A stretch of DNA of 64,000 nt from Candidatus Latescibacterota bacterium (GCA_965217865.1 CBDCJO010000002.1:3872001-3936000); one strand, 5' to 3'. Shown: positions 47,859-58,708, numbered from the stretch's first letter. The notes: generated from the letters alone by a model not told the origin. A program made the numbers and translations.

Positions 47859-48902
47859 GTGCAAACCCTCGCGGAACACCTGATCAACACCTTCAGCTTA
47901 CCCGTTCCGATCTGGATCCTTTCGCCGACCCTTGGCGTCGTCGGGGGGATCCTCGTGTTGACGATCATCGCTCTTCAGGCCATGTACCTGATCTGGCTGG
48001 AGCGGAAGGTCGCAGCGCACATGCAGGATCGTCTCGGCCCAATGCGCGTGGGGGGCTGGCACGGGTGGGCGCAATCGATTGCCGATGGCCTCAAGCTCCT
48101 GTTGAAGGAGGATATCATCCCGGCGGCGGCCGATCGGCCGCTGTTTCGGTATGCCCCCCTGGTCGTGTTCGTGGGTTCGTTCGCGGCGTTCGTCTGCCTC
48201 CCGTTCGGGGATGGGATCATCATCAGCGATCTGAACGTCGGGATTTTCTATATCCTCGCCGTCACCTCCTTCATGGTCATAGGCATTATCATGGCGGGAT
48301 GGGGGTCGAACAACAAGTGGGCGCTCCTCGGAGCGATGCGTTCGGCGGCGCAGGTCGTCAGCTATGAGATACCGGTGGGGCTTTCCCTCCTAGCCGCTAT
48401 CATGGTCGCGGGGAGTCTGAGCATGCAGGATATCGTGGTGGCGCAAGATGGGGGGATCCACCGGTGGCTGGCATTTCGAAATCCGTTCCTGTTTGCGGCG
48501 TTCATGATCTATTTCGTCGCCTCACTCGCGGAGGTCAACCGGACGCCCTTCGACATCCCCGAGGCCGAATCCGAGCTGGTGGCGGGTTACCATACGGAAT
48601 ACAGCGGGATGCGGTTTTCGATCTTCTTCCTGGCTGAATACGCAAACATGTTCGCGGTGGGCGCGATCGCGGCGACCGTGTTTCTGGGCGGATGGCAGGC
48701 CCCGTGGGGGGGCGGAACCCCGGCGTTCGGGATCATATGGTTTTTCGCCAAGGCGCATTTCATCGTGTTCGTACAGATATGGCTGCGGTGGACGCTTCCC
48801 CGACTCCGCGTGGATCAGTTGATGTACGTCGGATGGAAGGTTCTCACACCCTTCGCATTTATCAACATCGTGGGTACGGGAATCTGGATCCTGTATGTCT
48901 AA
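47859..48902 (+). CDS. nuoH: NADH-quinone oxidoreductase subunit H
   Basis: [44 protein letters not shown]. Confidence 0.97.
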   Translation: MQTLAEHLINTFSLPVPIWILSPTLGVVGGILVLTIIALQAMYLIWLERKVAAHMQDRLGPMRVGGWHGWAQSIADGLKLLLKEDIIPAAADRPLFRYAPLVVFVGSFAAFVCLPFGDGIIISDLNVGIFYILAVTSFMVIGIIMAGWGSNNKWALLGAMRSAAQVVSYEIPVGLSLLAAIMVAGSLSMQDIVVAQDGGIHRWLAFRNPFLFAAFMIYFVASLAEVNRTPFDIPEAESELVAGYHTEYSGMRFSIFFLAEYANMFAVGAIAATVFLGGWQAPWGGGTPAFGIIWFFAKAHFIVFVQIWLRWTLPRLRVDQLMYVGWKVLTPFAFINIVGTGIWILYV

Positions 48903-48956
48903 AGACATGATTCCAAAGTCCACTTTCCACGTTAACTTGAATTCCGGGTGACTCGT

Positions 48957-49478
48957 ATGGACGGTGTCCTGTCCGGTGTTGTCTTCTACATTTTCGCAGC
49001 AATTACGGTCCTGTCGAGCGCCATGGTCGTTCTCTCGTCGCGTCTGACGTATGCGGCCTTTTCGCTCCTTTTGACCTTTTTCGGGGTTGCAGGGCTATAC
49101 GTCTTCCTCGGTGCGGATTTCATCGCAGTGACACAGGTGCTCATCTACGTGGGGGGCATCCTTATCCTGTTGCTTTTCGGAATCATGTTGACCCATCGGA
49201 TATCGGATGTCAGGATTTTGGCCGCGAGGGTGCAGTTCGTTCCGAGCGTCCTCGTGGTGGGTTGTGTGTTCGTTCTGCTCCTTTCGGTGATTTTCGGGAC
49301 TCAATGGAAAGTAACCGACACCATGCCTGCTGAATATACGGCGGAGACAATCGGCAAATTGCTGATGACGAAATATCTGATCCCGTTTGAAGCGGTCGCC
49401 GTTCTTCTCCTCGTCGCCTTGATCGGGGCCTCGACGCTGGCTCGAAGCGAATCCGATTCGGAGGAGGAGGCGTCGTGA
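48957..49478 (+). CDS. nuoJ: NADH-quinone oxidoreductase subunit J
   Basis: QVLIYVGGI, Y..PFE..LL.ALIGA; ORF opens at 48948. Confidence 0.94.
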   Translation: MDGVLSGVVFYIFAAITVLSSAMVVLSSRLTYAAFSLLLTFFGVAGLYVFLGADFIAVTQVLIYVGGILILLLFGIMLTHRISDVRILAARVQFVPSVLVVGCVFVLLLSVIFGTQWKVTDTMPAEYTAETIGKLLMTKYLIPFEAVAVLLLVALIGASTLARSESDSEEEAS

Positions 49479-49783
49479 CGATCACCCTAGAACATTATCT
49501 GGTTGTCGGCGCCCTCCTGTTCTGCTTTGGCATCCTGGCCGTGGCCACGCGGCGGAACGCCATCAGTGTATTGATGGGTGTGGAGCTTATCCTGAACGCG
49601 GCGAACGTGAACCTCGTCGCGTTCTCTCGCTACAGCGATGTCGGGATCAGCGGGCAGGTGATGGCGGTGTTTGTGATCGCCTTGGCAGCGGCGGAGGCCG
49701 CCGTCGCACTCGCGATCGTTCTCAACATATACCGGCTGGTTCAGATCGTAGATGTCGATCGGGCAAGCACACTAAGACAATAG
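49475..49783 (+). CDS. nuoK: NADH-quinone oxidoreductase subunit K
   Basis: RRN..LMGVELILNA, AAAEAAV. Confidence 0.95.
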   Translation: MTITLEHYLVVGALLFCFGILAVATRRNAISVLMGVELILNAANVNLVAFSRYSDVGISGQVMAVFVIALAAAEAAVALAIVLNIYRLVQIVDVDRASTLRQ

Positions 49784-49819
49784 TCTCTCTCATAAGATAT
49801 CCGGTCCTACCCGTGACGG

Positions 49820-49851
49820 AACCCCGAAGTCAATGACTTTGGGGTTTTTTT
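49820..49851 (+). terminator. Rho-independent terminator closing the nuo operon
   Basis: AACCCCGAAGTC-aat-GACTTTGGGGTTTTTTT. Confidence 0.88.
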
Positions 49852-49861
49852 CGCCCCACTG

Positions 49862-50753
49862 TTATGTCCCCCGGGTGACGGCCAGATAGTCGACGATGAC
49901 GTCGCAATCTTCATCGGTCAGGTCGGCTTCCCCCGCATTCGCCTGCATCTCTTTGACGATCTCCCGCCAGTCCGCCCGGGCCAACCTCAAGTCGTTGGCG
50001 CGGTCGAGATCGTGGCAGGCCGAGCACTTCATCTCGAAGAGGGTCTTTCCGGTCATGATGTCGATCGCCTGCTCCGTCCGCTGCTTCGAGAGGATCGCCT
50101 GAGTGTGGATCAGGTATCCCGAGATCAGGTCGCCCTGTTGTGGGGTGATGTCGGGGTTGAGCCTCCGCATGGATTCCACGGTCTTCCGCCACCCGGCATC
50201 GGTTTTGAACTTGACGAAGGTGCGTTCCAGGGTATGGCATGTGGAACACTTGTGAATGAGAAGATTTTTTCCCGCGAGAAAACGTTCTTCTTCGGTCCGG
50301 ATCTTCGAGGGATCCACGCTGGCCAGGGAAAAGTAGATTCCCACTCCTGCCTTTAGATAGTAATAACCCGCTGTCAGGGAGATAAAGACGAAGGTCAGGC
50401 AGAACACCGTAACGGCCAGGGGGAAGACGTTCGGAAAGAGACGCGGATATCGGCGGATAATCAGTATCTTAATCCCGAGGAGCGGTAAGATCGCCAGTGC
50501 GAAACCCGCGTGCAGAAGGGCCCGGGTGGAAAGCTCCTCGCGGAACCCTGCGATTCGCCAGATCATGGTCGTCAGTAGGATAAGATAGATCGCCACGAAG
50601 CAGTAGCCGCAAATTCGATGAATGACCGAAAGCCGTTTTCCTAAGCGTTTCGTCTTTAATTCTCCCTCCCTGGAGTTCCAGCATGATCGTCAATGCGGCC
50701 CCTCCAAAAATGAGCATCAGGATACCGAGCATGGAGTTGAGAGCGGGATTCAT
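49862..50753 (-). pseudogene. Membrane-anchored diheme cytochrome c (His-containing TM domain + 2 CxxCH), +1 frameshift in an A4 run (50636-50639)
   Basis: SD AAGGAGG + ATG 50753; removing one A joins MNPAL..LRK to RLSVIHRICGY..; CSTCH and CSACH each followed by W..V..M. Confidence 0.82.
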
Positions 50754-51031
50754 AGAGACCTCCTTAAAGTGTTGTGAGTGGTGACGGGGATGAGTGAATA
50801 GTCAGCTGCCATTGGGGCAAATTTTAAACTGAACCTGTCTTGACATGATCTCGAGCAATCAAATCTGGACGTCTACCTTTCAATCCGTCCGTGACAATTC
50901 AAAGGGATGGACTCATTTTCGGAGGAATCTTGTTTGAGGGGAGCCGGTTATGAACGGGGGAAGGGGGAAACTCAAGACGGATGGTGTCGGAAAGGATCGA
51001 TCGGGTTTATGACGGGTGAGAGGGGATTCGA

Positions 51032-51958
51032 TCAGGCATCGAGTACCATTTTCAGAAGCGCCATTCGGATGTAGAGACCGTTCTGGGCCTGTCTGAAATA
51101 GGCCGCGCGGGGATCGGTGTCAACCTCGGGGGTGATTTCATCGACACGTGGAAGGGGATGCATGATGACCGCACGTTCTTTAAGGACTTTTAGAAATTCC
51201 AGGTCAATGATATATTTTCCCCTCGCGCTCTCGTAGTCGGCGGTCCGATCCCCAAAACGCTCCCGCTGAATACGGGTCTGGTATATGACATCGGCTCTCG
51301 CAGCCACTTCGAAAAGGTCTTCCTCCTCCGTGAAAAAGATTCCGTGACGACGGAGGTAGTTCTTGATGTCGTCTTTCATCCGGACCACCCCCGGGGCGAC
51401 AAAATGCAGCTTTACGTCTTCGTACTTGGCCAGGAGGTAGGCGAGGGAGCGGACGGTTCGGCCGTTGGCGAGGTCTCCTACCATGGCCACGGTTATGCCG
51501 TCGAGATGGCCGACTTCTTTTTGAATCGTGTAGACATCGAGCAGGGCCTGGGTGGGATGCTGACCCGGACCGTCCCCGGCGTTGATGATCGGGACGCTGG
51601 CGACCGACGCTGCCCGTTTTGCGGTGCCGCTCTCGTAGTGACGGAAGATGATCACGTCGGCATAGCCTTCTACGATCCGGACCGTGTCCTCCAGGGTTTC
51701 CCCCTTCGCGGCCGAGGAGAACTCACGGGCGTTCTCCGTGGTGATAACCTCTCCTCCAAGGCGTTTCATCGCGGACTCGAAAGAGAGCCGGGTCCGGGTG
51801 CTCGGCTCATAGAAGAGTGTGGCCATCAGGCGACGATTGAGGATGTTCGAGCCATATCGGGTAACGACTTCCTCCATCTCCTTTGCGACAGAAAAGATCT
51901 CGGTGAGCCGATCCCTGCTAAACTGTTGTGCTTCGATGACGTGGTGGAGCTTGTCCAT
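51032..51958 (-). CDS. pyrB: Aspartate carbamoyltransferase catalytic subunit
   Basis: FYEPSTRT, KGETL.D, NAGDG.GQHPTQ, HPLPR; ATG 51958 after GGAGG. Confidence 0.98.
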   Translation of the reverse strand: MDKLHHVIEAQQFSRDRLTEIFSVAKEMEEVVTRYGSNILNRRLMATLFYEPSTRTRLSFESAMKRLGGEVITTENAREFSSAAKGETLEDTVRIVEGYADVIIFRHYESGTAKRAASVASVPIINAGDGPGQHPTQALLDVYTIQKEVGHLDGITVAMVGDLANGRTVRSLAYLLAKYEDVKLHFVAPGVVRMKDDIKNYLRRHGIFFTEEEDLFEVAARADVIYQTRIQRERFGDRTADYESARGKYIIDLEFLKVLKERAVIMHPLPRVDEITPEVDTDPRAAYFRQAQNGLYIRMALLKMVLDA

Positions 51959-52206
51959 CTCAGCCCTCCGATCAGATAAAAAAATAGCTCGCCCAAAATG
52001 GGAGAGCCTCATTCAAACTTATGCTCGGCCTGGCTTGAAGACATCGCGTTAGGAAGTCATCGAGTTCATCATCCAAATCGACGGCCGAAAAACCGGATCG
52101 GCCGTCTCAACGGACAATATAGCCTAACCCAAAATAGAAGGCAAGGGAAAACCGCGGCCGTGTCGTGATCGCGGTGCCCCCCAAAAATCACCAGAAGGAG
52201 GACATC

Positions 52207-53199
52207 ATGAAGGGAAAAAGGGTCTGCTGGCCGGAGAAGGGTCGGGTCGTGTTGGAGGGCTTCGAGGCAGGGCAACCCGGTCCCGGGGAAGTGCTCATCC
52301 GGACCGAGTGGACCCTGATAAGCCCGGGCACGGAGGGTGCCGGGCTTATGGTCATGGAAAACACAGGGGGGAGCTTCCCCGCCAGACCGGGTTATAACAA
52401 TGCGGGACGGATCGAAGGCATCGGGCCCGGCGTTGAGGATCTGGCCGTCGGCGATCGAGTGGCCTCACACGCCGGACACGCATCGGTGACGGTCACGCCT
52501 GTGGATCGGGTTTTCCAGATTCCCGACGGTCTCCCTTCGGAAGATGCGGTTTTCTTTAACATGGGGGCCATCTGTCTGCAAGGTGTTCGAAAGGCAAGCG
52601 TTCAGATCGGGGATTCGGTCCTGGTCATCGGTCAGGGAATCGTCGGTAATCTTGCCCTCCAACTGGCTAAACTCGATGGAGGGATTCCGGTCATTGGGGC
52701 CGATCTTTCGACAGGGAGGCTGGAGATATCGAAAAAGTGTGGCGCGGATGGGGTGATCAACCCCGAGACGGGAAATCTGGAAGATGAGGTCCGGGCGGCC
52801 ACGGGTGGAAAGGGACCGGCGGTTGTGATCGAGGCGACAGGGGCCCCGGAACCGATCAACACCGCTTTCCGGCTGGCGGCCTGGTGTGGTCGGGTGGTTA
52901 TTCTGGCCAGCACACGGGGGGAGACGGCATCGGTCAACTTTTACAGGGATGTCCACAAGAAGGGATTGACCGTGATCGGAGCCCATAACAGCATCCGCCC
53001 GCAACTTGATTCAACGCCATGGTACTGGACGGCCAGGGACGACGCGGAAGTGATTTTGCAGTTGCTGGCCAGGGGGAGGTTGAATGTGCGTGATCTGACG
53101 AGCGTGCGGTTGAAAGCGGAGGAGGCCCCAAAGGGTTATCAGATGGTGATGGACCGGAAGATGGATGTGCTTGGGATTTTGCTGGACTGGAGGGGATGA
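52207..53199 (+). CDS. MDR (zinc-type alcohol dehydrogenase-like) oxidoreductase
   Basis: ISPGTE, PGY..G, VGDRV, GQGIVG, IEATG; SD AAGGAGG. Confidence 0.9.
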   Translation: MKGKRVCWPEKGRVVLEGFEAGQPGPGEVLIRTEWTLISPGTEGAGLMVMENTGGSFPARPGYNNAGRIEGIGPGVEDLAVGDRVASHAGHASVTVTPVDRVFQIPDGLPSEDAVFFNMGAICLQGVRKASVQIGDSVLVIGQGIVGNLALQLAKLDGGIPVIGADLSTGRLEISKKCGADGVINPETGNLEDEVRAATGGKGPAVVIEATGAPEPINTAFRLAAWCGRVVILASTRGETASVNFYRDVHKKGLTVIGAHNSIRPQLDSTPWYWTARDDAEVILQLLARGRLNVRDLTSVRLKAEEAPKGYQMVMDRKMDVLGILLDWRG

Positions 53200-53288
53200 G
53201 GTCGGGGTCAGGTTTCGGTCCCATAAGGGGGTTGATACAATCGGTGTATCGGTGAACGCTCCGATCCGGACGGGTTGTCGACAGAATT

Positions 53289-54314
53289 TTATGATGCCTG
53301 AACCGGCACCGCCACAACGCTTCCCGTCTCGTGCGACTGGATGGCAGCCTCGATGATTTCCTGCACGGCCAGGCCGTCTTCGCCGGAAGCCTCAATCTCT
53401 TCACGGGGGGGCTTCTGAGCGAGCTGCTCGAGCCAGCGGTGGATGCGATTGCGAAATGTGTCACCGAAACCCGTCATGCCCCCCATGATGCTGTTCCGGA
53501 CGACCGTCAACTCTTCCCCCCTGCGAGGGTAGAAGGTCAGGTCGACAAAACAATTGTCGAGGACGAAACGCCCTTCAGTACCCACCACCTCGCATCGCTC
53601 CAGGTTGTGACGCGGGGCGGCGTCGTAACTTCCTGTGAGGTGTCCGATCACACCGTTTTCGAACTCCATGTTGATCTGGGCGTTTGACCAGCAGACACGC
53701 TTTCCGTCCGGGCCGTCAGGCTTGGGTGCGCGGTTCAGAAACGCGTGGACGCGTTTGACGTCTCCGCAGAAGTATCGCATGATATCGATGCTATGGGGGT
53801 GGAGTGCGCGAAGGTGGAACCAGGGGGAGGTCTCGTTCGGGTTGTCGATCCACATGGTCATGTTGATAAGCAGCAAGTGGCCCAGCTTTCCTTCGGCGAT
53901 CCAATTTTTCGCCGTGGCGGCTGGAGGGACGAATCGGTGATTGAGGTTGATGCCGAAGTAGAGTGACTTTTCCTGGGCTTTCCGAACCATCTCCCGGGCG
54001 TGGAGGATATTGTTGCTGATCGGCTTTTCGCAGAGGACGTGGAAGCCGGCCTCCAGGCACGCCATCACGGGCTCGTAGTGGTCACCTCCGTTCTCAAATC
54101 CACCCGTAGCCACGCTCACTGCGTCCAGTTCCGAGTTTTCAAGGAACTCCGTTAAGCTGTAGAACCCCGTTGCTCCGAAACATCCTGCCGCCTCATCCGC
54201 CCGCTCCCGGACCAGATCGCAGACGGCCACCAGATCTGACAACGGATCCTCATGATACACCTTTGCGTGTGTGTTTCCGATGCCGCGCATTCCGATGACG
54301 CCGAGTTTCAACAT
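53289..54314 (-). CDS. Gfo/Idh/MocA oxidoreductase
   Basis: GVIGMRGIG, HVLCEKP, HPHSID. Confidence 0.92.
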   Translation of the reverse strand: MLKLGVIGMRGIGNTHAKVYHEDPLSDLVAVCDLVRERADEAAGCFGATGFYSLTEFLENSELDAVSVATGGFENGGDHYEPVMACLEAGFHVLCEKPISNNILHAREMVRKAQEKSLYFGINLNHRFVPPAATAKNWIAEGKLGHLLLINMTMWIDNPNETSPWFHLRALHPHSIDIMRYFCGDVKRVHAFLNRAPKPDGPDGKRVCWSNAQINMEFENGVIGHLTGSYDAAPRHNLERCEVVGTEGRFVLDNCFVDLTFYPRRGEELTVVRNSIMGGMTGFGDTFRNRIHRWLEQLAQKPPREEIEASGEDGLAVQEIIEAAIQSHETGSVVAVPVQAS

Positions 54315-54355
54315 AACGAATCTCGTATCTCTCTCAGGGGTCGAGTTGGCACCGT

Positions 54356-55159
54356 TTATGTGAAATGGGGATCGAGGATCCCCTTGCAAGTCTCAACAAC
54401 ACGCTGCACTTCGGATAGGGCGAAGCCTTTCGAACCCACGATCTCAAGGGTGGTACACGCCAGACCTTCGACGGCCTGAAACGCGGCACAGATCGCAGGG
54501 ATGTCCATGGCTCCTTTTCCAGGGATCTGTGTCTCCACCGGACCGATCGGGATGTCCCGGCTAAGGGTGTCACGGATCCGTGCGGTTACGATGTAGGGAG
54601 CCAGCCGGGAGATCGAGACCTCCGGTATCTCCTGTTCTGGGGTGCGCCAGAGGTGGCTGGCGTCCACATTGAGGCCAATCCGGCCGGGATCGACTTCATT
54701 CATGAATCTGAGGGCGGTCCGGGTCGAATAGACGGCGGCGCGCACGTGAGGTTTAATGCTGATTCGGACACCGGTGTCTGAGGCCGCCCCCGCCAAGCCG
54801 TTGAGGGTCTCCACCACCTCCTTGAAGGATGACTCATCGTCCGCCTTCCCCCCAGACCCTGTTGTGATGGCGGAAGCCCCCAGCTTTGAGGCCGATTCCA
54901 TCAGACGGAGGAATCGATCCCGGGATCCCTGGTCAAGGAGGTTTGAGCTCGCCCCGATAGATTCGATTTCCAGGCCTCTATCGGCCACCTTTTTGTTCAC
55001 GATATGATAGTAGTCGTCCGGATGGCCTTCCTTGAAATGATCCGCCATGTTTGGGAGGGCACAGAGTTCGATTGCCCTATATCCTGCTTTCTGGATGCCG
55101 TCCAGAGCCGTATCCAGATCATAGCCACCGTATAGGATCGTGCTGCATCCGAGTTGCAA
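54356..55159 (-). CDS. Sugar phosphate isomerase/epimerase (xylose-isomerase-like TIM barrel)
   Basis: AGYRAIEL, NVDASHL, PGKG, TLE; some usual metal ligands appear substituted (KPH, RIRD). Confidence 0.82.
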   Translation of the reverse strand: MQLGCSTILYGGYDLDTALDGIQKAGYRAIELCALPNMADHFKEGHPDDYYHIVNKKVADRGLEIESIGASSNLLDQGSRDRFLRLMESASKLGASAITTGSGGKADDESSFKEVVETLNGLAGAASDTGVRISIKPHVRAAVYSTRTALRFMNEVDPGRIGLNVDASHLWRTPEQEIPEVSISRLAPYIVTARIRDTLSRDIPIGPVETQIPGKGAMDIPAICAAFQAVEGLACTTLEIVGSKGFALSEVQRVVETCKGILDPHFT

Positions 55160-55267
55160 GTCCTGTTCCTTTCGTTGAGGGGAGGCAATGATAAATTGGA
55201 GATTTAAGATCGTGGAATTGAGAAGACCCTTCCGGAGAATGGTCGTTGACCAGTCGGGTTAACCGCA

Positions 55268-55297
55268 ATGATAAGTCCCGGGGTTGATCCGTGTCAA
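55268..55297 (-). promoter_or_regulatory. Sigma70 promoter for the isomerase-Gfo pair
   Basis: Minus strand TTGACA-N18-TATCAT. Confidence 0.55.
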
Positions 55298-55369
55298 GGA
55301 AGAAAGCTCTTTTTTCTTATAAAGAAATAGCCAGACGGGATATTCATAGGGCCCAGAGGACCGGTTGCC

Positions 55370-57580
55370 ATGGCGAAAAAGCGGAAACCGAAGCCTGTAA
55401 GAAAGAGCGCGGAAACCTGCCCGCAGAATACAAATTTAAAGAGGCCGGTTTTTGTCGTGGGGGGCTTTCTCTTTCTTCACATCGTGCTGGGTTACTGGTA
55501 TCCGCTCTGCATGTGGGGAGGGGATCTACTTGCTTTCCATCCCTTATGGGCCCAAATCCTCTTCGTCGTCCTGAGTATCATGATTCTGATCCCCGCTTTC
55601 CGCGGGCGGATCGTCGATGGGTTGTCCCGGCTGACCAAATCTCTCCGGGGCTGGGATACGCCCGCAAGATCCTTTTCCTTTGGATTAATCCTGGTCCTGG
55701 CTGGAGGGGTCGCTTTCACGGTTTTCGGTTCTGCAGCGCACCTCCTCGGGGACGGGTATCTTCGCACCCGGGAATTGGATGAGGCTCTCTGGGATTCCAA
55801 CCCCAGCGTCGACCGTGCACCCCTCGCGTTCTGGATCATCAGGGCACTCCATCAACTCGGCCAACCTGTGTGGCAGTCCTCCGAGTTCACTTACCGCATC
55901 TATAGCACTATCTCGGGCCTCCTCTACCTTCTTCTCGTCATCCCCCTCGCACGTGTCTTGGGACGCGAACGCCTGGAGCGGGGGATTCTCCTGGGGTTTC
56001 TCCTTACGTCAGGTTTCCTTCAACTTTTCTTCGGCTATGTCGAGACCTATTCTCTTCTTTTTCCCGGAATGGCCCTTTTTCTGCTGGCGAGTCTGCAGGT
56101 TCTCCGAGGCCGCCTCCCCCTCTGGGTGCCCGGGTGCGTTCTCGGCATCCTGATTCCACTCCATTTCCTCATGGCGAGCTTTATCCCATCGATGCTTTTA
56201 CTGGCAACCCTACGGGCCGACGGTCCTTCTCAAGGGCTTTTATGGAAGAGACCAACGATGAGGGAACTGGTGCAACTTGTGGCAACCCCTCTGATGGTGC
56301 TGTCCGTTTTTCAGATCATCGATTTTGATCCCCTCTCGTATCTCAGAGACTTGAAAGGCTCACATCTCCTTTCCCCGGTGGCGGATTCCGACTTTTCTCA
56401 CCATTATGGCCTCTTTTCATTCGGCCACCTGTTCGATGTCCTAAATGAATACCTCCTGGTGGCTCCCGGGGCGGTAATCGTCCTCTTTTTACTTCACAAA
56501 AGGGGCTTCCCACGGGATTCAGTCTGCGTCTTCCTCCTCACGGCCGCTCTCTTTCCCATGCTCCTCACCGCCATCGCGAACCCGGAGGTGGGGGCTTTCC
56601 GGGATTGGGATGCATTCGCTTATCCCGCCATGCCGTTGACGCTCTGGGCCGCTGCCTCGTTGATCCGTCAGGCCAGGGATCCTTTCTCCCTTGCCCATAC
56701 GGGATTCATGGTATGCGGCGCAGCCGCTTTCCACACCCTATTGTGGATCGGGTTGAATGCCGATCCGGGGTCGGCGGAGTCCAGGTTTTCCGGCCTCCTG
56801 GAGCATTGCCAACTATCCGGGCATGCGAGGTCATATGGCTGGGAGACCCTCGGAAAACACTATCGATACAAAAGTAAAACGGTCAAGGCGCTTCAGGCCT
56901 ACCAGCAGGCCCTTGAGGCGAACCCCAAGAACCCACGGCATTGGACCATGGTGGGAAGAATGTACAGCAACCTGGGTCAATATCGGAGGGGGATGGCTTA
57001 CTTTCAAAGGTCGATTTCCCTGGACTCCACTTTCGTCGTGGCATACTCAAACCTGGGAACGGCTTACCTCAACCTGGGGGAGCATGATGCATCCCTCAAA
57101 CATCTCAAAAAAGCCCTGGCGTTAGACCCAAACTTGACAGGCGGCCATTCTAATATCGGGACTGTTTATTTCAACCTGGGTGAGTACGAGACGGCCCTGA
57201 AATACTTTCAGAAGGACATCGACCTGTCCCCGAACTTCACCCACGCAACCTTCAATGTTGGCGCATCATATTTCCAACTTGAACAATTTGAGAAGGCCAT
57301 TGGGTATTTCGAAAGGACATTGGAATTGGACCCAAACCTGGTCGGTGCGTACCATTATTTAGGATCGATATATGGAAAGGCGAGACAGTATAAGAGATCC
57401 ATAGAATATTTTCAAAAGGCCATTGAGATAGATCCGAAACACTCGGATGCGTACTTCAATTTGGGCATCACATACATTAATTTAAGACAGTTCGAGAACG
57501 CGAGGGATTGCCTGGATAAGATCACCGAATTAGATCCGAACGATCCCCGGGCCTCTGAATTGGCAAAGTTGATTCCATAA
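55370..57580 (+). CDS. Polytopic membrane protein (possible GT-C glycosyltransferase) with C-terminal TPRs
   Basis: About 12 TM segments with HLLGDG, FFGYVETY, RDWD; about seven TPRs. Confidence 0.8.
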   Translation: MAKKRKPKPVRKSAETCPQNTNLKRPVFVVGGFLFLHIVLGYWYPLCMWGGDLLAFHPLWAQILFVVLSIMILIPAFRGRIVDGLSRLTKSLRGWDTPARSFSFGLILVLAGGVAFTVFGSAAHLLGDGYLRTRELDEALWDSNPSVDRAPLAFWIIRALHQLGQPVWQSSEFTYRIYSTISGLLYLLLVIPLARVLGRERLERGILLGFLLTSGFLQLFFGYVETYSLLFPGMALFLLASLQVLRGRLPLWVPGCVLGILIPLHFLMASFIPSMLLLATLRADGPSQGLLWKRPTMRELVQLVATPLMVLSVFQIIDFDPLSYLRDLKGSHLLSPVADSDFSHHYGLFSFGHLFDVLNEYLLVAPGAVIVLFLLHKRGFPRDSVCVFLLTAALFPMLLTAIANPEVGAFRDWDAFAYPAMPLTLWAAASLIRQARDPFSLAHTGFMVCGAAAFHTLLWIGLNADPGSAESRFSGLLEHCQLSGHARSYGWETLGKHYRYKSKTVKALQAYQQALEANPKNPRHWTMVGRMYSNLGQYRRGMAYFQRSISLDSTFVVAYSNLGTAYLNLGEHDASLKHLKKALALDPNLTGGHSNIGTVYFNLGEYETALKYFQKDIDLSPNFTHATFNVGASYFQLEQFEKAIGYFERTLELDPNLVGAYHYLGSIYGKARQYKRSIEYFQKAIEIDPKHSDAYFNLGITYINLRQFENARDCLDKITELDPNDPRASELAKLIP

Positions 57581-57696
57581 GGTCTTGTGGACTCAGCCGA
57601 TAGGGTTTGAGATCGCTTCGACAAGCCCAGGACAGAAAGAAAAAGGGTTTGAGTCCGGAGTCGGAAAGCTGAGCCCCCTTCAGGCCGGAGAAAGTC

Positions 57697-58461
57697 TTGA
57701 GAATTGCAACGTGGAACGTGAATGGTCTTCGGTCCGCCCTTCAAAAGGGATTCCCCGGACTTATCCGAAAAATCAAACCGGATGTGTTGATGCTTCAGGA
57801 GATCCGGGCTACCCCGGAACAGCTCCCGAAGCCGTGGGCGAGGCCGCGGGGCTGGCACGTGTACTGGCACCCCGCAGAACGAAGCGGTTATTCGGGCACC
57901 GCGATCTGGTCCCGGCATCCCCTGTCTGAGGTCCAGACCGGACTGGAACCCCACGATTCGGAGGGACGGGTGATCCTGGCCCTGACCCAGGGAATCCGGG
58001 TGGCCTGCGTGTACCTTCCGTCGGGGTCCTCTGGTGCGGAACGTCAACAGATCAAAGAGGTGTGGTTGAAGAAGATGATGCCGTGGGCAAGAAGGTTGGT
58101 TGAGAGAGACGAACCGGTGGTGATCGGTGGAGATCTCAACATCGCTCACACCGAGAAGGATATCTTCTACGCCAAAAGCAATGAAAAAAATTCCGGGTTC
58201 CTTCCACACGAACGGGCATGGATGGGCGATCTCCTGGGTTCAGGATGGTGCGATTTCGTACGCCGCCAATACGGGGAAGTCCATGGTCCCTACTCCTGGT
58301 GGTCCAACCGGGGTCGCGCCCGCGAGCTGGACCGCGGGTGGCGGATCGACTACCTCCTGGGCAATAAGTGTGCGGAAAAGAGATTCAAGTCCGCATCGAT
58401 CCGGCGAGAAGGCGGCCTGACGGTCTCCGACCACGCCCCGGTGACGATTGACCTGGAATAG
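57697..58461 (+). CDS. xth: Exodeoxyribonuclease III / AP endonuclease
   Basis: TWNVNG, LQE, GYSG, GDLN, YSWW..GWRIDY, SDHAP. Confidence 0.97.
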   Translation: MRIATWNVNGLRSALQKGFPGLIRKIKPDVLMLQEIRATPEQLPKPWARPRGWHVYWHPAERSGYSGTAIWSRHPLSEVQTGLEPHDSEGRVILALTQGIRVACVYLPSGSSGAERQQIKEVWLKKMMPWARRLVERDEPVVIGGDLNIAHTEKDIFYAKSNEKNSGFLPHERAWMGDLLGSGWCDFVRRQYGEVHGPYSWWSNRGRARELDRGWRIDYLLGNKCAEKRFKSASIRREGGLTVSDHAPVTIDLE

Positions 58462-58625
58462 GGAGTTGTCGGGTGAGCGGCTCAAACCTTGAATGGGGAT
58501 TTCGAAGTCGGCTTGGAGGTATCACAAAAAAACCCGATATGTTATTTAATAACAATATTATAATTTAGAAAACTCAGGGGATTAGGTGGTCCGATGATGG
58601 CCCGACTGGTGTGTAAGAAATTCTA

Positions 58626-58654
58626 TTGACACGGGAAAATGTCCTGCATATATT
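58626..58654 (+). promoter_or_regulatory. Strong sigma70 promoter in a long AT-rich spacer
   Basis: TTGACA-N17-TATATT. Confidence 0.65.
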
Positions 58655-58708
58655 GGGGCATGCCTTTCGGTACGATCGACTCAGGCAACCGAAATATATT
58701 CTGAAAAA

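Noticed and set aside
48907-48951. Mini-ORF MIPKSTFHVNLNSG as a nuoI remnant
   Set aside because: No resemblance to NuoI; better explained by the heptamer spacer.
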